64,000 nucleotides of DNA from Octopus vulgaris (taxonomy: Eukaryota): positions 94,488,001-94,552,000 of the forward strand of contig OX597818.1 in NCBI GenBank assembly GCA_951406725.2, written 5' to 3'. Position 1 is the first letter of the stretch; every line of letters starts with the position of its first letter. Shown here one piece after another: positions 55,361-64,000 of the stretch. A program made the translations under genes and the position numbers. Under the pieces are notes generated by a model. It was not told the DNA's origin and ran no database searches. It saw only the letters and a list, made by a program, of their open reading frames with translations.

Positions 55361-58169
55361 CATATGTAGTATGTATGTACATACAATGGACTTCTTACAG
55401 TTTTCTACCAAATTAACTCAAAAGACCTTGGTTATCCAGGGGCAATGGTCAAAAACATTTATCCATGGTGCTGTGCAATGCGACTGAACTCAAAACTATG
55501 TGGTTGCCATTCATGTACCTGCATGTGTGTGTGTTTGTATACATTCCCATAGTGATTTCTATATATGGATGTAATGACACATACATGCATACATATGTAA
55601 TGCCACATACATACATTTTTGCTAATGAGAGAATCTCTAATTTGAATTGGTAGAAGTCTCAACCAAATTTCCTTCACATTACAGCCTACTGTCTTGAAAT
55701 GGGATTGATGTATTGGAGAATGCAGTCAGATTTGCAGTGCCAGAGAGAAAGCCAAGATGGTTGTGGCTTGTTAGCTTTTGATTATAGGTTTGCCCAGTTG
55801 GGGTTGACTGAGGATAAATAAGCACAGCTTGGTGACCTGTATTCACATTGATCCACCGTGATGAATACATATACAACTCATGCTTATAGAATAACGCCTA
55901 CATCTGTACTGAGATCCATATACAGCAACAAATGCATATACACATGCATCATACTTACAATGTGACACTTCTCAGTGAAATATATACCCATGCAAACACA
56001 CACTCACTCAACCCTGTTGCTCTACCCTGATTATAAGTTCATATTTATACCAATAATTATTAGTGCAATTTGGCTATGTTAGTGAATGTCTAAATGACAA
56101 TCTGGAAAATTTACAACTTTGAAGCAAAGAAGGACACTAGCTGACTGAGACTTTACAATTGCAAGAGTAACTTCTCATTGTGGTTATCCAAATTCTAACA
56201 ATGGAGCTTTGTTTCTTTGTTAGAAGCCAACTCCTTTCTAGGATGAATTCTAATAAATATAAAAATGTAAAGCATACTCACATACACAGCGATATGCACA
56301 CATTCACATGGTGTTGCTGGTACATATATGTATTTATATATAAATACTAGCATCATCATGTGCATACATGTGTATCATTGTGTATGTGTAACATATACAA
56401 GTATACATATCTACATACTCAATGTCACTGCACTCATACCTTGAGTGTGACTTTTGCATATATAAACTAGATGGTGTATCCACACACTTATTACACTCAC
56501 TAAAATGTACATGCACACGCTAATAGTTGTACATATTCAGGCATACACATGTATTAGGAAGGGCATCCAGCTGTGACTACCCTGCCAAATCTGACATGGA
56601 ACATTATGCAACTTTGTGGCTCATAGATCCTGTTAAACCATCCAGCCCATGCAAGCAATAACATTGATGATAATGATGATACATGTACACATGCTCTAAA
56701 AAATACACACATACACAAACACATGCATATGCACTGGCTACAACAGTGAAAAGTCTCTGTACCACCACCATCACCTACCACCTACATCATGTCCCCCACA
56801 ATTGTAAACTGATCTCTTCTCCAGTGAAAAAAAACCAAAAAAACCCAGCTTCATATATTGTCTTCTGATTAAACTTATTCTTGGCTAACATTGTTTCAGT
56901 TGATGTATTATTGGTTAAAAAAGTAACATTCAAGTTGTAGTACTTTGATGAGATTTTTCTATCCAGCAACCCTAGTTTTTAACTGTGAGCTTATAATTAT
57001 TAAAATATTTGACAATTGATAGAAGAACTGAGAAAGCATATACACACATACACACAGGTATGTATATATGTATATTTGTGTGTGTGTGTGCATATACAAT
57101 TGTATGTATGTGTATATGTGTGAGTGTTAGTGCATGTGTATTTGTAAGTTTGTGTGTATGTCTATAAATGCTTACAATTCATGCTGAGTTATGGCTACAG
57201 TTGGTGATGTTAGCATTTGTGATTGGTCTTCAACTGGTGATATTACTGATGTTTCCTGCCAACAAACCATTTGTTAAAGGTTGGTAACAGGATGAGCATC
57301 CAACCATAGACATTCTGCTTCAATTATCTGCTGTCTAAGTAATTCTAGCATGGAAAATAGACAAATAAAATGCATGAAAATCATTATTCAGCATCCACTT
57401 TTCCCTGCTTGCATGGATCAGCTGGAATTTGTTGAGCCAAATGGAGTATCTACACCCAGATACCCTTCCTGTTGCCAGCCCTCCCTTATTTCCAAGTAAG
57501 GTAATATTTCCTATGTCCAGACATGCTTTCCACAGAAGACTGAAAACAAGCAACATCACTTGAATGATGGTGCTGCTTGTTTTCAACTATTATGTGATAC
57601 CAAGACAGGGAACACACAAATACAAATGCACACACATACATATACATATGCACATATATATTTATGTATACACATACATATAACTACACACACACACACA
57701 CACATAAATTTATATATATATATGCATGCACACATATTGACTTGCTCACCTAGCCAGCAAGGTGACAGTATTTGAAAGCTAAAATGATATGAATCACATT
57801 GTGACCTGCTATGTATAACAATATATGATAATCTGGTTGATACCATGATATATATACATATATGCTACTAACGTTGATTATGAAACAGCTGTCAGCTAAC
57901 AGAATAACCATGTATCCTCTCACTTCACGTCTTTTATCTGATCAATATTTATATACACACATTCACAATTGGCTTCTTTCAGTTGCCATCTATGAAATCC
58001 ACTCACAAGGTTTTGGTTGGCTTTGGAACTAAATGGTTTGGGGTTTGTCCCACTTCATGAATGTTGTCAGCTAGCATTCTATACTATACCCTCAAGTCAA
58101 CTAATGCCTTGTGAGGGAAATTGGTAGACAAAAACTGAATTATTGTTGTTGGTGGACAGAAACCAAGTG

Positions 58170-58450
58170 TTATTGATTGGATCAGTGGAAGAAAAATTTA
58201 AATCCAGATAAGACAACCATCATTCAACCTTTAGACACTTCAAGAAGAGACATGCAACAACCTTTTTGGTATTAATCTGGAAACTTAAGGATGAGAATGT
58301 CAACTGCAATATCAAATGGAAATCTTTTCTAACATCAAACTTTAAATGGTACAGAAAGATGTTTCTTATGCTTACTTAAAAACCTATATCTTTTAAAAAA
58401 GATTAAGAATCTTCTGTGACTGTATTTCTTTTTGTAAATGTGTGTGCTCA
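58170..58450 (+). mobile_element. Old Penelope GIY-YIG C-terminal remnant
   Basis: NHHSTFR...IWKLKDENVNCNIKWK...RCFLCL. Confidence 0.55.
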
Positions 58451-59959
58451 TACAAATATCAATTGCATTGAATGCATTTACTAACCCATCTTGTTTTTAC
58501 TAGCTTGGTAAATGGCAAAATAAATTAATATTTTAGCCAGGAAACCCTGGGTAGCTGTATTTCACAAGGATTTTTGTGGTTTTTATTATAATAATATGTG
58601 TTTGTGTGCATGAGTTCATATTTTCCCTTGCCTGTACATTTGTTTACAGACTATAAACAGCCTAGCTGTCCATACAAATATATATTTCCTTTGCATGCAG
58701 TCAACTGGAAAAGCATGTCTAGACTTCTTGACATGTCTTAACATATTGTGTGATCTTTGTAAACAAAAGGCTATTTCAAGCAGTGTTGTTTGTTTCCAGT
58801 TCAACACATAACTATGATTGTTATCTGATTGACTTGTGGATTATTATGTTGCTTGGAAGCAGGTAACAGTTAGCAACAGAAAGAGCATCAGGCTGTAAGA
58901 AATTTGCTTCAACAGGTTCTCACTGATCTAAGCAAGCATGGAAAAGGATGTTAAAATGATGATGACAATAGATACACATTTATGTAAATGTGTGTGTGTG
59001 TGTGTGCAAGTGCATCTGTGTGTTCTTACATTTGTGCTTCTCTACAAATCAGTCAGTTATGGGCAGTGATGTTTCTGTCATTTCCTGCCCTAACGAGTCA
59101 TCTGGTGATTTTGTGTCTTGAAAGAAAAGTAAAATAAAATATCTCTTGTAAAATAACTAAGGGTTAGCCACAGGAAGGCTATCCACCTGTAAAACAATAC
59201 CTCAGTTATATATTCATCTAACACATACTAGAATGGAAAAATGACTACAAAAATGAACTTGTGTGTGTACACTTCCAACACACAAATACTGTTGCCCCTC
59301 GTCATCTCGCCATACTGAACAGAACATTATTAACTGCTAGGTTAAAGGTGTGACATCTTCATAGATGTACTATATTTTCTTTCTTGACTGCAGAAAACCC
59401 ATCTTACTTTGAAATGTGTATTTCTGCATCATTTATGTCTCAAAATACATGTTTCAGTAAGCGTTATGCATATTGCTTGATTACATGTAGGAAGATCTCT
59501 CAGGCATGAAATTTTGTTTCTGTTGTTGAACTGTAAATTGCCTCTGATGTTTAATAGAAGAATTGGTAGCAGTGGTAGCTTGACATGCTGGTGTATGGCT
59601 CAATTTCATTTGTAACTATATCAGCTGCTGCACTCTATGGTACCAAATTTAAAAGAACAAATAACTTTTATGCACACACATTAATGAAAAATCGCAATAT
59701 CTACTTCTGTTGCCATATGTAAGAATGCATAGAATAGTATGATTGGGAAAAGTGGAATGCCTTCAAGGAAATACTTCATTATACCTGTTCTGGATACAAA
59801 AAGAAAAAGAAAAAAATGCATATTAATACCTCTGATAGAGAACTACTAGGTACTCCAGTAATGTCAGATGAATGAACTGTATATGGCTAAATAGACAAAC
59901 GTAGAGGTGCTTCTTTATAGACTATATTTATTAATTTTGTTTTGTTATTTTGTTTCATA

Positions 59960-60116
59960 TTGTAAAGTGGTTGGTGTTAGGAAGGGCATCCAACTATTAT
60001 TCCAAAGCAGACAATAGAGCTTGGTGCAGTATTCTGATTTGTCAGTTGCTATCAAACCATCTTACCCATGCCAGCATGGAAAACAGACATTAAATGATGA
60101 TGATAATGATGATGAT
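59960..60116 (+). mobile_element. Old RTE 3' tail (similar decayed tails near 51916, 54746, 56555, 57285, 57385, 58870 and 59160)
   Basis: agtggttggtgttaggaagggcatcca...acccatgccagcatggaaaacagacattaaat(gat)n. Confidence 0.75.
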
Positions 60117-61320
60117 TGTCTGCATTTGAGTTGAAATTTGAAAAATGTAATGGGATGATCACTGTCAGAACACTTGTTCTTATATGAAATCTCTAAAGCC
60201 ACAAAAAAAAAGAAGAAAAAAATACATGAGACATGGGATGATCACAGTTGCAAAGCTTTTGTTTTTGATAACGTTTGATAAATTGATGAAAAAATTTTGA
60301 TTCTTTGCTGGCATCACCATTAAGATTTACATAATTTTAGTGCATGTGCAAAAACTGTCCTTAGATTTGTTATAATGGAATTGTGTGTGTGTGGGCATGT
60401 GTGTGTATTTTATGTATTTTTATGTGTACGCATATGTATCTGTATACAGACAGACACACACATAAAAAAATATGTATCATTTTACATCTGTTTTTCCATT
60501 CTTGCATGAGTTGAACAGATCTTTTACTAAACATTTTTGCTGTGTCTCACTTTCTCTGTATGTCTTTTTTTCATGTATATACTAGAATTATGAGCTTTTC
60601 AGTCATAACTTGTTGAAGAATACTCCACAGTTACATATTGTGTTCTGTAATTTATTGCTTCTCAGTGAATCAGTAGAGATTTCTTTTGTGCAAGCTCCTT
60701 GAATAAGACACTTCTTCATTCAACTGTCATTGTTCATACACATCACCTATCCATACAGTCTCCTTTTAGCACTTTAAAACTAATTTTTCTAATGTCCATT
60801 TCTTTTTCTATTTTATCTGTGTTTTGTTATTCTTGGAAATATTCTCACCTTATTTCTTTCCAATCTTTGCACACCCTCCATATTCAATGTCTGTGTTACA
60901 CTACATCACACCTCATACACAACCATCATAGAATCTACCATGCACTTGGGAAGGAATGCCATTCATTGCCAACAGAGCTGAACTTTTTCCGCCCCATCCT
61001 TATACTGGCCTCTATGCTTTCACAGCATTCACCTTCATTGCTAATTAGATTACCATGTCACCCATATAATAAAAATTCTCAATGACTTTTAGGGAGCCTT
61101 CTTGAAAGAATTAATTACATAGGTACTGTTACTGTAAATTTACAATTTCATCTCTTACTTTGTTAAATCAATTCTTTCTGTCGTCCTACATGTGATCCAT
61201 TGGTAATTTTTGTTGGCCTTGAGTACACAATATAGAATTCCTACATAGTTTTTTTCTCATCATTGTGCATTCCACCCACCACATCTACACATCACACCAG
61301 TGTGATAACAATGATATATG

Positions 61321-61353
<33 letters not shown>

Positions 61354-61357
61354 CTTC

Positions 61358-61418
<61 letters not shown>

Positions 61419-64000
61419 CCCACAGAGGTTTGGTGCTAAGAAAATGTTAAATATGCAAATTGGTCTATTACTTCAACTTGTAATAGTTTTATAAGCAATG
61501 TATCCATGAATATTTAAAGGTGATACGCAACTGTTGACAATTTACTCCAAAATATGTTGAAATGTACTTATAGCTATTCCTCCATTTTCTGACTACACAC
61601 GTACTGTACAGACATTGTCTACAATTGTTGCAATTCATAGTGCTGGCTAAAAAAATTCTATAGATATGTTTTATAGTACATTATAGCCAAAGAAAGAAAG
61701 ATGGAAAAAAAAACACTGGTGTTTGATCTGATTTTAGATTCAAATTCTTTCTTGTTTTAAAAGTGAAATGCTATCAAGTAATGACAGTGCTCCATTATGG
61801 CCGTTATCAATTGACTAGAAGCAATAAAAGAGTATCCATCTAAGAAATAAAACAATCTTTTATTTCATAACATTTACTCTAATTCACAATGGAAATGTAG
61901 TTTATTGATTCAGTTGTAATTTTAACCTTGATTTATGGTCTTTCAGCAACATTTGATTGATTAGTGAAGTTTAAGCTGTTAATGGCGTAATCCATAGCTA
62001 CATTTTGTCATTAATTAGTCCTAGGCCCGCTCAGATCAACAGACCTATGGTTCAAGTCATTCAAGCTGTGACCATCACATCCTTTTTCAAGTTGGAAGGG
62101 AATCATTTGAAGAATATTTAACCGCCATTTCTAGCAGGTTAAGTAACTCATTAGCTCAGCAAAAAGCTATTTCAATAGAATGAAGTGCAATGATACTCAT
62201 AAGTTTTAACCTTATAGTTGTAGAGTTATCTCAGTTCTGGTGTGTAGTGTGTAGTTAAATGTAACCAAAATTAAAACAGTTAAAACAATCTTACTGACAA
62301 ATTAACTTAAACTGTTCAGATACATGAAGTAAAATTGTTACAGTCAACTGAAATTGAACCTGTTTGCATTACGGTGAAATTAAGCCTCTAATATATCAAA
62401 TTTTCTTTAGCAACCAATGTTGACTATCACCACTACCAAATGTTACCATCTACCACCATTACCTACCATTCTGACAACCACAATACCTACCTTATGTACT
62501 ATCATAAACATCTATTATCTACTATCAGCAATTGTCTAGCTAGCTCTCTTGAACTCTGTCCTATCAATTCCCGGTATATGTCTAGGTGCAGAAAAAATTC
62601 AATGATTGATATTTTAACAGTTGTCAAAAATATTAAAACTAAAATGAAAATATTTAGATTTGCTTATAGCAGTTTAATATATATATTAATTTGTTTTAAA
62701 ATAGTTGTTGATAGCATTATTACATAAACTGTTTCTGATGTTTTTTGTTGTTTGTTTTTGAAGCAGTTTATTACTGTAACTGTTGATTATCATTATTATT
62801 AATGAAAATAGATTTCCTAGTTAGCCTATCACTAATAACTGTAATTAGTTTTTGGGAGAAACTCTACTTACCAAACTACTGAAGAGAATAATTTTAAAAA
62901 AGAAATATTAGTAAGCATTAAATGAGAGCAACAAGTAATTTTCATCTCATGTCACCAATCAGGTAACTGGTGCAATTTAACAAAATGATTTTTTTCTTAA
63001 CTGATGAGAAGCTACTTCATTTACAATAGTATTGATCAATGATCAACCTCATTTCATCCCACCTCTTACCTTCTCCACCCCCATTTTTTTCTTTCTCTCA
63101 GTGATTGCTAATAGCCTGCAGCTCTACAACTTCCTGAGTTACTAGTTTGTTTGTTTGTATGTATATATATTATCATATGAGCTAAAATTTCAAGATGCAG
63201 TATACCAAGTACAAATTATATTCCATCTCTGACAATAGCATTTTGCTATTAAAGGTGAGGTGATATTTATCTGATCATCAATGTTTTAGAACCTTCTGTG
63301 TTTTAATTTTTTTTTACCCCCTTCTCAATATTTTTTTTACTTCACACATCTCAATTAGCTGTAAGATATTGATATCATGTGTCATTTAGAAATTAGTTAC
63401 ATAGAAATATATATTCTCATATGGATGGAATGGATGCAAGATTAAGAAACATATATAGTGACACACTACTTTATCATGATCTTGTCTGCTTCATGCCAGT
63501 ATTGAAAAATAGACATTGAATGAGTCAGTGAAGAAGCCTATACATTGTTACTCAACCTACTGGAAACATGAGTGAAATCTTTCTTGGAACACCCTGGTTT
63601 TAAAAAAATAAAAAGAACACATTAAATAATGTACTCCTAGATTCACTGTTTGAGGAAAAAGATCTCTGAGCATCATAGCCAGAGTGCCTTTGATCATAGA
63701 TCTGCAGCATCAGATATAAAGACCTAAACAACACAGATATACTATATATTTAATATAGTACATGCAATTTATACTCTGTGTTATATATTAGCTAAATGAA
63801 CCAACAAAGAAATGAATAGGTATGTGTTACACAACATGTAAGAAATAGCTACCAAACATCCTTCAAATTACTCCCTAATGTCTTGAAAAGAAAAAGAAAT
63901 GTTGGATAATGTTTGAATAAAAGATATGATATTAATGACTACAGCTTCTTTGATCATTCCTGTAAATGAATGTAAACTATTCCTGTAAACTAACTACAGT

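Noticed and set aside
60590-61260. Possible ancient LINE RT relic on the minus strand
   Set aside because: Only faint motif resemblance; not supportable without a profile search.
63001-63025. CTGATGA-gaag-cta-cttc
   Set aside because: No GAAA follows the stem, so it is not a hammerhead.
39047-64000. Further CaMKII exons
   Set aside because: No match to the expected exon 3 peptide found by eye; a short exon could have been missed.

Overview
Eukaryotic, very AT-rich, repeat-saturated DNA; the repeat types suggest an octopus or other cephalopod genome (inference). The only host-gene sequence I can support is one 95-bp coding exon of CaMKII (38952-39046, + strand, [31 protein letters not shown]), so the window is probably mostly introns 1 and 2 of that gene. 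The rest is (TA/TG)n microsatellite, RTE-clade and CR1-group LINE fragments, Penelope-like (GIY-YIG) fragments, two mariner families plus a MITE, three tRNA-type SINE families, a non-autonomous Helitron and many inverted repeats. The most striking signal is a set of type I hammerhead ribozyme (HHR) motifs from several unrelated repeat families. A young 481-bp non-coding unit (32607-33577) has a terminal redundancy and a 296-bp inverted copy and carries intact HHR cores on both strands. A 354-bp unit with an intact minimal HHR (6425-6470) is fused behind a tRNA-SINE head. A decayed tandem HHR dimer lies at 55094-55312, and further remnants occur elsewhere. This architecture fits Penelope-mobilised retrozymes, and two of the intact HHRs lie in the sense orientation of the CaMKII pre-mRNA. 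Nearly all long ORFs in the ORF track are microsatellite artefacts. All alignments and folds were done by eye.
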